The notes below the pieces were generated by a model that saw nothing but the letters and a program-made list of their open reading frames with translations, was not told the origin of the DNA and did not search any database. 64,000 nt of DNA from Nitrosopumilaceae archaeon (GTDB lineage Archaea; Thermoproteota; Nitrososphaeria; Nitrososphaerales; Nitrosopumilaceae): assembly GCA_965214835.1 (NCBI GenBank), contig CBDCCK010000002.1, forward strand, positions 736,001 to 800,000. Reading direction: 5' to 3'. This document shows, in pieces, positions 30,301 to 38,980 of the stretch. The translations under genes and the position numbers were made by a program. Numbering within the stretch: position 1 is the stretch's first letter; each line of letters starts with the position of its first letter.

Positions 30301-30565
30301 GGAACATGTCATAGGCCTACTACAAAAGGTCACCAGTATCTCAGTCGAGACGATGAAGCTGCGGCGGGATCTTGAAAACATGCCTTGGGGGAAGCAGCCG
30401 GAACTGCACCTTAAGAAGTCTGATGCCGGCAATGACAAGACGATGAGAAAATTGCAAACAAAAAAAACCAGACAACAGCCTAAAAAACCTAAAAAACCCA
30501 AGAAATCAAAGAAATCCAAGCTCCAAGACACGCTTGACGGAACCGGCCAGAAAAGGCTGTTCTGA
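27371..30565 (+). CDS. N6-adenine DNA methyltransferase with a Type ISP-like C-terminal specificity domain
   Basis: GIAYTP..VVDFMVRS, LDPATGTGTF, GNPPY, NLKGN, RDEWVY, YRPF, FPRIP, ALEWI; ATGA overlap with the helicase stop. Confidence 0.92.
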   Translation: MSFEDRLESLQRTLKLSGYENIRHFVDISALVRDESVSDCEIIARKDFYNILYLEAKSNWRGIATDVAKKQSKPCLVITGYGESHLILSTIKDYFTNPRPRHVIIDTRSKTHSFDGFAKLIKVRPEDDFVSIDEQVHHAFDEFAAYEEALDEFGENLKNAIKNTREIIVKASKNNKRYDAESEQFLEMCHKVISNKLKSDDITEMILQHVLTYKIFSLIYDEHELHSTNAIARSLEGIIDTLGVDMEQISTGYQTTKLVAESLTDFAEKQDFLKRVYETFYAEYDPKNKDSWGIAYTPSEVVDFMVRSTDQLLEKHFGKSMSDDCVTLLDPATGTGTFITQILRHLKHNSVKTKYENDIFANDISLLAYYIAALNIENTYQEITGQVKEFENICWMDTLATGTKDFGKVSTYFDEQDNVKRISKQQVKDICVVLGNPPYNAVQVSFNDANPADKYPDLDKKIEETYVKNSTVGNKDKQYDMYKRFLKWASERIKNNGMVIFVSNNSFLDAKSDDGFRRSVFEEFDYIYTVNLKGNARLSGDAWRREGDKIFGQSARVGISISFFIKTGENHSEIRYVEIDDYLKREDKLKWLADNSLSTLQLREIVPDEDAVWLNQTDNDFKKLVPIVSDKEKSVFELLSMGLTSNRDEWVYDLGRKSLENKMRYFVDFYNKSVAQYQNEHPKDTEFKDWADKKIKWTEDFFKHIKRGNKIAYSKSNIKDVMYRPFVLKKNYFDKIITHRQRKFPNIFKNSSRNRLINFTNPTPKSRFHALVSDKIVDLHYVIDTQCIPLYTYDDGGKRHSNVTDFGLELFQKHYRNKAIADEDIFYYTYAIFNDPKYQEKYKYDLQRKFPRIPLAENFGDWVKIGRKLYDLHVNFECVKKYPLKRTDKKTAKNQTRLLLKKPKEEDNSQDFTIMIDDNTMLEGVPKETLQYKFSSKCALEWILEFYKESKNVISDKSCDDPKIREKFNTYRFADYKEHVIGLLQKVTSISVETMKLRRDLENMPWGKQPELHLKKSDAGNDKTMRKLQTKKTRQQPKKPKKPKKSKKSKLQDTLDGTGQKRLF

Positions 30566-30688
30566 CCTTCAACATTCCCGAAGCCAACGCTTGTAGCGTG
30601 CCATCAATCGTTTGTTCTTGCCGACGTCTCTAACACTCTAATTTAACACCCCAGCACCCTAATTTAACAGGTCTCTGAAAACTCTCGG

Positions 30689-30724
30689 AGATTTACCAGA
30701 GTACTAAACTGTACACTGGTAAGT
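30689..30724. repeat. Right border site (arm-TAAACT-imperfect arm)
   Basis: AGATTTACCAGAGTAC-TAAACT-GTACACTGGTAAGT. Confidence 0.9.
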
Positions 30725-30765
30725 TAACGGGAGCTGATTTCTCCTGGAAGGCGTCGGGAGCCGGA
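30711..30765 (-). mobile_element. End remnant of the IS6-like element
   Basis: CTGGTAAGTTAACGGGAGCTGATTTCTC matches 10382-10410 and the reverse complement of 31700-31733. Confidence 0.75.
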
Positions 30766-30918
30766 ACCGGTGGCTATCCCTCATGCTAACGGCCGGGTGA
30801 TGTCGGAGGAGGTGACCTAGTACAAAAGAAGGCTTCTTGGTTTTGTCTGGATTTGGCTCAGCGTCTCATTTGGCATCTTGGGTTGGCCGGTTGATGCTAG
30901 TCACGCACAGAATATACG

Positions 30919-31200
30919 CTAGTCTAGAATGACTGGTCTCCAGTCAGACAGATTACGGGAGTTATAATTGCACTCATCCTGATCGTTGTACATCCATTCG
31001 TTATTGTCTAATATCACAACGCCGCCAAAGAGGCTCTTGGAGTTCTTTATGTATCGCGTAAGCGCTTCGGCCTTGTATTTGGCCTCTTTTGCAGTAAATC
31101 CTTCCTTGGTATCGAACAGCCCTACCTTGCCATTCTCCATGCGGATTATAAAATCAAGCCGGAGCAAATCCGGATGAGTATTTCCTGACGAAGGTATCAA
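30919..31200 (-). pseudogene. C-terminal fragment of a Type III-like restriction (Res) endonuclease
   Basis: DFIIRMENGKVGLFDTKEGFTA...KAEAL..Y...GGVV; PD-(D/E)xK-like; truncated. Confidence 0.55.
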
Positions 31201-31228
31201 AAACTCACTGTATTTCTTCCGCGCTAGC

Positions 31229-31737
31229 TGGATTCCGAGACACGGTTCTGGCTGGCCCAGACGGTCTCAGAACACAAGGGAAACGACGACGTGTCCCCGA
31301 TGTTCAGGGATGCCAAGAGGAAGGCAAGCAAAATCCCAAAGATGCTGATATCGGACAGGGCTGCAAACTTTCACCATGCATGGAGGGAGCAGTACCGATC
31401 CAAGAACTTCCTCCACAAGGACACCGAACATCACAGGAACATCCATCTCTCCGGCGACATGAACAACAACCAGATGGAGTCATTCAACGGCAACACACAG
31501 GGCCTGCGAGAAGGTGATCCGTGGGATTAAGAGGGACGATTCTGCCATACTCAGGGGGATGCAGATCCACCACAACTACATCAGGCCCCATCAGGGTCTT
31601 GACGGCGACATGCCGGCAGACAGGGCCGGAATCAGAATAATGGGAGAAAACAAGTGGAAGACCATAATCCAGAACGCCCATACCAGCTCCCGACGCTTTC
31701 CGGGAGAAATCAGCTCCCGTTAGCTTACCAGTCCCCA
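31229..31737 (+). pseudogene. Frameshifted IS6-like transposase 3' half with its element end
   Basis: DSETRFWLA, LISDRAANF, NNNQMESFNG, HNYIRPHQGLDG; ends TTACCAGTCCCCA. Confidence 0.8.
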
Positions 31738-32076
31738 TGAGCAATATGCCTGAAATAGAAAGCGAATATTCTCCGACGTACAAACGCATACCTGTGGCGG
31801 GGATTTTTGGAGGCATACGGCCATTTGGCGTCGAAGTCGTCCTGTATTCTGAAAGCATGGACATAAAAAACATTGGAAACCCATCCTCCGTCAAACAGTA
31901 GAACATCAATCAAGCGTACCGCCAAATGCGAACTCCTCATCGATCCAATGCAGATGAGGAGTATACACAAGTGGCTGGAAAATAAAATCAAAGAGTATGA
32001 GGAAACGTTCAGTACAATCCCCTCACCAGAAGAAGTAGAAGGTAGAGCAAAAAGAAGCAAGGATCCCCGCCGATAG
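31737..32076 (+). pseudogene. Frameshifted hypothetical protein
   Basis: MSNMPEIESEYSPTYKRIPVAGIFGG.. continues in another frame (..CELLIDPMQMRSIHKWLENKIKEYE) across an A6 run. Confidence 0.5.
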
Positions 32077-32361
32077 CCCCGGCGTCATGCAGTGCCACCT
32101 GCATGATGCAGGACAACCCCGCACAGGCGGCGTTCGTGGTGCTGGCTGAAAGACCTTCAAGTTCGGGATCCGCTCCCGATGTACTACACGATACCGTGAA
32201 GCTGGCAGTCCCCCCCGGTATCCTGGGGGCTGCCGCCTGATTTACTAGGATTTTTGAAGCCATGTGGTGTCGTCCAGATCGGGTGTGAAAGAGATTGGAG
32301 TCCAAAAGACGTGCGGGTCGATCCCGGCAGGGGGAATCACGCGAGTCCTCCATCTGGGCCC

Positions 32362-33018
32362 CTAGCACCTCGAGTAATAGAGTACGAGCTCGTCTCCAAT
32401 CCTGCCCGTCCTCTCTAGGCGCAGCCTGGGCGAGTCCCCGACCCTTGCAAACCCGGCGCCCTGCACCAGGGAGACCGCATCGGTGCCGCCGATGATCCTC
32501 GGCGATACCGTGACTATGAGCCTGTCAAACAGGCCGTTTTTGACAAAATCCCAGTTTACGGCTCCGCCGCCCTCCACAAGCAGGGTCCTGATTTTTTGCG
32601 AGGCAAGCCTTCTCAGGAGCTGCCGTATGCTGACCTGCCTGTCCCCGCAGACAATCACCGTGACCGGGAGTCTTTCCAGCCTCCTCAGGTTCTTCTGGGT
32701 GGCAGACTTTGAGACTGCAATGATCGTGGGAACCTGCCCCGCGGTTCTGATGATCCTTGATCCAGATGGGATGGTTCCCCCCGAGTCAAGCACTATGCGC
32801 GTGGGATTTTTTCCCCTTGCGTGCCGCACCGTAAGGAGGGGATCGTCCCGCCGCAGCGTATTGCCACCTATCAGGATTGCGTCTGCCCTGGAGCGAAGCC
32901 TGTGTACCCTTGCCAGATCCCGCTTGGAGGAGATCCCCGAGGCCCCGCTCCTAGTCGCAATCTTTCCATCCACCGACATTGCAGCCGTGATGATCACGGT
33001 GGGCCTAGATCCTGCCAT
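32362..33018 (-). CDS. arfC: 2,5-diamino-6-ribosylamino-4(3H)-pyrimidinone 5'-phosphate reductase (RibD C-terminal/ArfC)
   Basis: AAMSVDGKIA, VHRLRS..DAILIG, DDPLLTVR, LLVEGGG. Confidence 0.92.
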   Translation of the reverse strand: MAGSRPTVIITAAMSVDGKIATRSGASGISSKRDLARVHRLRSRADAILIGGNTLRRDDPLLTVRHARGKNPTRIVLDSGGTIPSGSRIIRTAGQVPTIIAVSKSATQKNLRRLERLPVTVIVCGDRQVSIRQLLRRLASQKIRTLLVEGGGAVNWDFVKNGLFDRLIVTVSPRIIGGTDAVSLVQGAGFARVGDSPRLRLERTGRIGDELVLYYSRC

Positions 33019-34195
33019 GGACGATCTCCCCCCCGATCATCACCGCGCGGATTGCGGTCTCCGAGGCCCTGTGGACTATTGATGCGTGCGGGCTGTGCAT
33101 CGGTTCTAGATCAATCGCATGCTTGTCTAGGAACACCGCGTCTGCAAGCATCCCCCGGCCTATGGCCCCGAGGTTCCTGCGCAGGAGGTGCCCCGCGTTT
33201 ACGGTCGCCATCTGCAGGATTGTTTTAGGGTCAACCCTCCGTCTTTTCAGGCCCATCGTGACCTTCCAGAGATAGTCCATCTCGCGGAACATGTCAGGCG
33301 GATTGATCATGACATTGTCTGTTCCCAGGGCGAGGTTTGCGCCAGCCCTGCGCATCGACTCGATGTCCGGTATTCCTTCGGCCAGGGAGGCGTTTGCCCT
33401 GGGGCACACGACGATTCCGCGGGTTTTCTCGGCCGCCATCCTGAGCTCCCTCGGGCCGGCATAGGTCATGTGGACCATAAAGTGGGGCTTGAGGGCAAGC
33501 GCACGGACGACCTCGGACCTTTTTGTCATTCTCCGGGATGCGGCCGTGCTCTGCCTTGTCTCGGCCGCGTGTATGGCGCGCATCTTTTTTGTCCTGGAGT
33601 AAAGGCCAAGCTGCGAGTCGCTGTTCTCGTTTGCGCCGCTGATGCCCAGTCCGTCGCACTCCCTGAGCAGGGCCCTCAGCTCCCCTGTCCTGGATCCTGG
33701 AAATCCCTCGTTTGCGCGGATCTGTCCTGCGTCATGGTACTGGGCCATCCTGCCCAGCACTATCGGGCGGATGGGCAGGCCCGATACGGCCTCCCTCAGC
33801 AGCGCAATCCCGTCCAGCCCGTCCTCGCGAAAGTCGACAAACGTGGTGATTCCCTTTTGCAGCATCGACTGGCAGGCGCCCCTCATGAAGGCGGCCAGGT
33901 GTCTCGGATCGGTGGCAGAGAGGATTCTTGACTTTGCGCCAGAGACTGGATGGATCCTCCCCTCGACTGATCTGTCAAGCGTCACGTCCTTTCCGATAGA
34001 GTCGCCGATGTGGGTATGGCAGTTTACCAGGCCGGGAATCACCAGCAGGCCCTCGCAGTCCAGGACCTCCTCCCCCCGGCCGGGGCGCAGGCCGGCCCGC
34101 ACTCTGTAGAACTTTTGATCCCTTATCTGGAGGCTTGTCCTCGGGGAGTACTTGAGATCCCTTCCCAAAAGCACGCTTGCGTTTTTTATCAGCAT
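33005..34195 (-). CDS. Metal-dependent amidohydrolase
   Basis: PGLVNCHTHIGD, IHAAE, VHMT, VVCPRAN, LGTDN. Confidence 0.88.
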   Translation of the reverse strand: MLIKNASVLLGRDLKYSPRTSLQIRDQKFYRVRAGLRPGRGEEVLDCEGLLVIPGLVNCHTHIGDSIGKDVTLDRSVEGRIHPVSGAKSRILSATDPRHLAAFMRGACQSMLQKGITTFVDFREDGLDGIALLREAVSGLPIRPIVLGRMAQYHDAGQIRANEGFPGSRTGELRALLRECDGLGISGANENSDSQLGLYSRTKKMRAIHAAETRQSTAASRRMTKRSEVVRALALKPHFMVHMTYAGPRELRMAAEKTRGIVVCPRANASLAEGIPDIESMRRAGANLALGTDNVMINPPDMFREMDYLWKVTMGLKRRRVDPKTILQMATVNAGHLLRRNLGAIGRGMLADAVFLDKHAIDLEPMHSPHASIVHRASETAIRAVMIGGEIVHGRI

Positions 34196-34938
34196 GACAG
34201 CTCGTAAATTGCCGGCTTTTGCCCTCCTTCGTCCCGTATCTGGCGTATGGTGTCCAGGGATTTCGTTGCAAGCCTTGCGGCGTCCCTGGACGTGCCTGCA
34301 TGGCCGATTCCGCAGTTTAGTGTCATGTTGCCCTCCCTCTGCACTAGGTCGATGAACTCCTGCGCCGACGGCCTGGGATCCCCGTGGGATACAACCATGA
34401 AGTTGTCCCCCCCCAGGAAGAACGCCAGGGATTTTTTCTCCATAAAGAACGCGGACATTTTTGCCAAAAGCCAGAACATGGAGCTTGAGACTTCATAGGG
34501 GGATTTTGTCCTTTGTGAGGAGGTGAGATCCTCCACGTCCATGTGCATGATTGTGGCCTGTTTTTCGGACTCGTCAATATGGCCGTAGATGGCGTGCCGC
34601 TCGCTCAGAAGCGCCCCGGATTTTCGTGCATCAAACGCATCAAGGTTTGCCTCATAGGGGGTATCTGCACATCCGATCGACATTGCAAGGCGCAAGTCAA
34701 ACCTTGACTCGAGGTGCTCCTGTATGGAAATGTGGTCCCCAAGTGCAAGGCCGTTGGTTACTGCAAAGCACTCGTCGCCGCGGTTGAGGAAGACAAGGCT
34801 GCCTCTTTGGGAGAACTGATCCTGAAGCTCCCTGTACAGCGAGGCCTGGAGCATCTGCAGCTCGTGCTCCCTGTCGCTTCCCAGGGTAAGCGTCCAGGGG
34901 CCGTATCCGGTGATCTTCATTATGGTCAGCTGGATCAT
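34189..34938 (-). CDS. gch3: GTP cyclohydrolase III (IIa)
   Basis: YGPWTLTLGSDREHELQMLQA, FFLGGDNFM. Confidence 0.92.
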   Translation of the reverse strand: MIQLTIMKITGYGPWTLTLGSDREHELQMLQASLYRELQDQFSQRGSLVFLNRGDECFAVTNGLALGDHISIQEHLESRFDLRLAMSIGCADTPYEANLDAFDARKSGALLSERHAIYGHIDESEKQATIMHMDVEDLTSSQRTKSPYEVSSSMFWLLAKMSAFFMEKKSLAFFLGGDNFMVVSHGDPRPSAQEFIDLVQREGNMTLNCGIGHAGTSRDAARLATKSLDTIRQIRDEGGQKPAIYELSC

Positions 34939-35351
34939 TTTGTGATTTTTTTCAGCTCCCTTGAAATTTTCAGCACCGCCTCCACTGCGCGCTCGGCTAC
35001 CGGACGGATTCGGGCATATGCGTGTCTTTGCTGCATTCCGGGGCCCGATATTCCCAGTGATACTGGCTTTTTGTGCCTGACGGACAGCTCGGATAGCGCC
35101 TGTGCTGCCGCATGCGATATCACCTCGTCATGCTTGGTCTGGCCCCGGATTATGGCGCCCAGTGTGACTACTGCATCGATGTCCTTTCTCTGCAGCAGTG
35201 CATCCACGATTATCGGCATGTCGTAGGATCCCGGAACGTGCGCGATGTGCCTTACCTTGAGATTCAGCTGCTCTGCCCTCTCCTCGGCTACTGCCTGCAT
35301 GCGGGAGGTTACCTCCCCGTTGAACTCCGCGACCACCAAGGCAATGTTCAA
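34935..35351 (-). CDS. ribH: 6,7-dimethyl-8-ribityllumazine synthase
   Basis: VVAEFN, VPGSYDMP, LGAIIRGQTKHD, KPVSLG. Confidence 0.95.
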   Translation of the reverse strand: MNIALVVAEFNGEVTSRMQAVAEERAEQLNLKVRHIAHVPGSYDMPIIVDALLQRKDIDAVVTLGAIIRGQTKHDEVISHAAAQALSELSVRHKKPVSLGISGPGMQQRHAYARIRPVAERAVEAVLKISRELKKITK

Positions 35352-35353
35352 AA

Positions 35354-36022
35354 TCAGTGCACCCGGGAGTATTCCAGCAGCTCCCTACCGTCCAGGAAGG
35401 GAATCGCGTTGTGCCTGGCGTACTTTTGCGCCTTTTCAACGGATAGTGCAGAGTAGGTCTGGGCATCCATCATCTCACAGATGGCAGTGACCGGTACAAG
35501 TCCCGCGATTTTGCCCAGATAGACGGACATCTCCGTATGGCCCTGGCGCTTTGAGAGCAGCCCCTCGGATGCTATCAGCAGCGGGACGTGTCCGGGGGTC
35601 TTAAACGAGGACACGAACTTCTTTCGGGGGCCATCCACGCCGTAGAGCCTTGCCATCTCCTGCACGGTGACTGCCCGGTCCTTGTCGGTAATGCCGGTGT
35701 ATGTCCTGTAATGGTTGACGCTGATTGAAAAGGTGGGGTGATCCCCGTAGGGGGCCAGTCCCATGATCATCTCCCTGTCCTCCCCGGACAGCGAGCGGCC
35801 CAGGATTTCATGCATGTATCGGAGTCCAAGCCTGTCTGCAAACGGCCTGCCGACTGCAAGACAGAGCAGCCCGCCTGCATGCTGCCGCATCCTGGCGATG
35901 TGCTCCGGCGTTACAAACTGTGCGGCTACTGCCATGTCGACCTCGTTTTCCCTGCCCTCGGAGTCGTAAAGCAGGACAAACTCCCCGCGCCTGAGCGAAT
36001 CAACGGCAGCCTCTATACCCAT
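35354..36022 (-). CDS. ribB: 3,4-dihydroxy-2-butanone-4-phosphate synthase
   Basis: DSEGRENEVD, TGITDKDRA, PGHVPLL, RQGHTE, CEMMD. Confidence 0.95.
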   Translation of the reverse strand: MGIEAAVDSLRRGEFVLLYDSEGRENEVDMAVAAQFVTPEHIARMRQHAGGLLCLAVGRPFADRLGLRYMHEILGRSLSGEDREMIMGLAPYGDHPTFSISVNHYRTYTGITDKDRAVTVQEMARLYGVDGPRKKFVSSFKTPGHVPLLIASEGLLSKRQGHTEMSVYLGKIAGLVPVTAICEMMDAQTYSALSVEKAQKYARHNAIPFLDGRELLEYSRVH

Positions 36023-36094
36023 GTGGAAAATCGCCGCCGTTCTGGTTATAAGGATTACTAAAAAAATGGTAACTACCACTGGAGTTGTAAATGG

Positions 36095-36685
36095 CTATCT
36101 TCGTGCCAGGATGTACTTGCCAAGTATGTCGGTTTCAATATTGACCCTGTCGCCTGCCCTTCGTGTCTTGAAGTTTGTAACATCGACTGTATGTGGAATA
36201 AGGCAGACTGATGCGATCCCGTCTTTTGCATCGACAACCGTCAGGCTGATGCCGTCGATTGCAATGGAGCCCTTTTTGACGACGTACCTTGCCAGGCTTT
36301 TTGGAAGCTCTACCCAGACCCGGATCTCCTTTGGTCTTTTCTGGATTTTCTTGATGGTGGCAGTCCCATCCACGTGGCCCAGCACAAAGTGTCCCTCCAG
36401 GCGGTCGCCTGCCCTCAGGCTCCGTTCAATGTTTACCATGCTGCCCTTTCTGAGGTTTCCAAGGTCGGTCTTTTTTGTGGTCTCCTCTATCATCTCAAAA
36501 CTGCACCTGTTTTTTAGCAGTCTTGTGACAGTAAGGCACGCCCCGTTGAGGGCTACGCTCTGCCCGATTTTGAGTCCCTTGGTGTTTTTTCCGAGATCGA
36601 CGGTCACCTCGACTGCGCTGCGGTTCTTTGTGCTTTTGGAGATTTTTTCCACCCTTCCAACCCCCTCGACTATTCCGGTAAACAT
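36095..36685 (-). CDS. ribE: Riboflavin synthase (bacterial alpha-type)
   Basis: MFTGIVE start, GACLTV, GHFVLGHVDG, KGSIAIDGISLT. Confidence 0.95.
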   Translation of the reverse strand: MFTGIVEGVGRVEKISKSTKNRSAVEVTVDLGKNTKGLKIGQSVALNGACLTVTRLLKNRCSFEMIEETTKKTDLGNLRKGSMVNIERSLRAGDRLEGHFVLGHVDGTATIKKIQKRPKEIRVWVELPKSLARYVVKKGSIAIDGISLTVVDAKDGIASVCLIPHTVDVTNFKTRRAGDRVNIETDILGKYILARR

Positions 36686-36725
36686 GATCACGGTTCCGCC
36701 CCTTGTTTTATAAAACAAGCTGCAG

Positions 36726-37442
36726 TCATTTCTGGTTTTTTGACCGCTCCATCGAGTCAAACTCCTCGCTGCAAAACTGGTGAAACACCGAGCACCTGTT
36801 TTCTCTTGCAGCGTCCTTGAACTTTTGCATCCTCTCAATCAGAACCCCCTGGGCTGCAAGAAACGACTCGTCCTCCCTTCCCAGCCTGGAGAACATGTCG
36901 GACTTGGCCCCGGACACGCCCTCGACCGTGGAATCCACCTGCTGGACCAGATCATAGGTCTGGGCCGCCTTTTCGAACTCCCCCAAGAGACCCAGGGAGT
37001 TTGCCTTGTTGAGCAGTGCGGTGACATTCTTTGGATCCAGTCCTATGGCCCGGTCATAGAGTGCCAGGGCGTCTTTGTGCCTGTCAAGCTCGTTTAGTGC
37101 AAGCCCCTTGGTGTTCAGAGCCCACACGTCCCGGGGGTCTGCGGCCAGGAGGTTGTCGGCGCACTCGACTACCTTGTCGAACTGCCGCATTCCCTCCAGG
37201 CTTAGGATTTTGTTGTGCAGTGCATGCTCGTCGGTCGGGCTTTTTTCCAGGGTGATGTTGCAGTAGACCAGTGCCTCCTCATATTCTCGAATCTGCAAGA
37301 ATGCGGTGGATATGTTTTGCAATGCCAGCAGGTCATTGGGATCCTGGTTCAAGAGTTTCTTGCAAAATACGATGAGATCCTCGAACTTTTCGGCCTCAAA
37401 CATTCTGGTCATCACGGTCAGGGGATCAAGCAGGTCAACCAA
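36726..37442 (-). CDS. Tetratricopeptide repeat protein
   Basis: Repeated ALxNKGxAL...A...YD.A...DP. Confidence 0.85.
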   Translation of the reverse strand: MVDLLDPLTVMTRMFEAEKFEDLIVFCKKLLNQDPNDLLALQNISTAFLQIREYEEALVYCNITLEKSPTDEHALHNKILSLEGMRQFDKVVECADNLLAADPRDVWALNTKGLALNELDRHKDALALYDRAIGLDPKNVTALLNKANSLGLLGEFEKAAQTYDLVQQVDSTVEGVSGAKSDMFSRLGREDESFLAAQGVLIERMQKFKDAARENRCSVFHQFCSEEFDSMERSKNQK

Positions 37443-37543
37443 GTATACCAGGGATACTCGTACATCGTAGCCTTTATGGTTTGTCTAAAAAGGGGAGTGT
37501 TTTTACATCTGACGGGGTTTGTGGGTGACAGCCTGCAATACTA

Positions 37544-37620
37544 GGCCTTATGCGTAGTCGGTTCAAATCAAAAAAAATCAGGCAGCTTTTACGTCATTTT
37601 TGGTAGTTACGCATAAGGAC
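37544..37620. mobile_element. Degenerate ~77-bp IS5-family MITE
   Basis: CCTTATGCGTA ... TACGCATAAGG ends; same size as 8611-8688. Confidence 0.7.
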
Positions 37621-37655
37621 TGCTGTGTACAAGCTTCCCAAGCGTTGCATAGTAC

Positions 37656-38345
37656 TCAGACGAGGATGTCTCTTTTTGCCCGGTGCCGGTATTTTTCCAT
37701 GCCGCTGAGCTCCAAGGTGGCCGCCGGCAGGCACCTGGCCCTTACGGTGTCTCCATTGCCTTCCACGAATTTCTTTACATCCTTACCTGTTTTGACACAA
37801 AATGATTGGTTTTCAATCATAGGCACTACGCAGGCGCCTCCCGACGTATCAATACCTGGAAACTGTACAGGCTTTGCTTCGAGCAACCTGCGGGGAACCT
37901 GATCGGTGATGTCCGTACTGTATTGTCGACATTGTTTTTCACGATACCTTTATGCGAGCCAGTAGAGATCCCCACGACTTGGATCACTCCGACCTCGACT
38001 GTGATTCCAGAATCGATATAATGTTGGACTATCTCGTCGGCGGCCATATCCAACTCGTTCATGGAACCGCCCCAACTACGCAGCCCGTTTGTCATGTCCG
38101 GAAATGAGAGCCCGCCATCACTAGTCTCGATGGAATCCCTCTTCATGTATCCCAGCAGCACCGAATGCTCCAGTTTCCATGCTTTCCACTCGGCAGGCGT
38201 GGTCGGATCCGCCGATGATACCGTTTCATTCATGTCGCCCATTACATCGGCCTTGATATTGAACTTCTTGATAAGATCTGTCCGGTTCTGCCCCATAAAA
38301 TACACAATCTGCCGGCACTTTGCTGTCTGCGGTCATCACCATGCA
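37656..38345 (-). pseudogene. Fragmented hypothetical repeat-module protein
   Basis: ORFs 37826-38305 and 37656-37886; module YFM.Q..DLIKKFNIKAD.M.DMNE is also found at 39330-39800. Confidence 0.5.
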
Positions 38346-38411
38346 GATTAGAAATTTTTCAACAATAGGAAGCATCTCCCTGCGTGGTTTATACCCACAT
38401 GTGTTGAAAAA

Positions 38412-38502
38412 GTAAGAGTTTACCCCCTCCCGAAAATGTGGCGTGGTAGGCACGGTGATCAAGGTTCTGGTCGGTAACGTCGCCTATGGGATAAACTCTT
38501 GA
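38412..38502. mobile_element. ~90-bp IS66-derived MITE
   Basis: GTAAGAGTTTACCCC ... GGGATAAACTCTT. Confidence 0.75.
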
Positions 38503-38509
38503 GAAATTT

Positions 38510-38884
38510 TCAATCGTCACTGTGGATCTTTTCTCTGATTCTCTTTTTTGCAATCTCAAGGGCAAGCTTGCCTATAGATTTTGCCTGTGCCGAGTCCGGG
38601 TTCAGCTTGTATAATATGGCATTTCCAACCTTCCTTGTTCTCTTTAAGACTCCCTGATCCTCCAGCTTGTGTATGATGTTCAGAGTTGTCTTGAAACCCA
38701 CTCCTGAGATTTTAGATATGTCTGAGATTGAGTAATCAAAGCTTTTCATCGTAACCATATGATCCAAAATTTTAGATTCTGAACATGGAAAGGTACTTGC
38801 CAGAGGCCCAATCTCTGTTTTTTTAGTTGTTGTTTTTTTTCTGGAAGGAGATCTAGCTCCAAATCTTTTCTGTAGGCTTGTCAC
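38510..38884 (-). CDS. Winged-helix DNA-binding protein
   Basis: KILDHM..FDYSISDISKISGVGFKT...L...GVLKRTRKVGNAILYKLN. Confidence 0.75.
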   Translation of the reverse strand: MTSLQKRFGARSPSRKKTTTKKTEIGPLASTFPCSESKILDHMVTMKSFDYSISDISKISGVGFKTTLNIIHKLEDQGVLKRTRKVGNAILYKLNPDSAQAKSIGKLALEIAKKRIREKIHSDD

Positions 38885-38980
38885 ACTCGATTATAGCGGT
38901 ATTATTTATTTAAATATTTACCTGTTAGTGTGTAATTTATTACATAATATTAATACGTCATCTGTATAATATGTTACATA

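Larger units (their letters stand above)
19149..30704. mobile_element. 11.6-kb restriction-modification element with ~540-bp terminal inverted repeats, flanked by TAAACT direct repeats
   Basis: 19149-19682 is the reverse complement of 30162-30704 (2 SNPs and one 9-bp indel seen); encodes a tyrosine recombinase and a DDE transposase. Confidence 0.75.

Noticed and set aside
19288-30565. Diversity-generating retroelement (template/variable repeat pair)
   Set aside because: No reverse transcriptase in the window; differences are block-wise, include indels and are not adenine-specific
19149-30704. Casposon (TIR-bounded thaumarchaeal element)
   Set aside because: No Cas1 or family B polymerase gene inside
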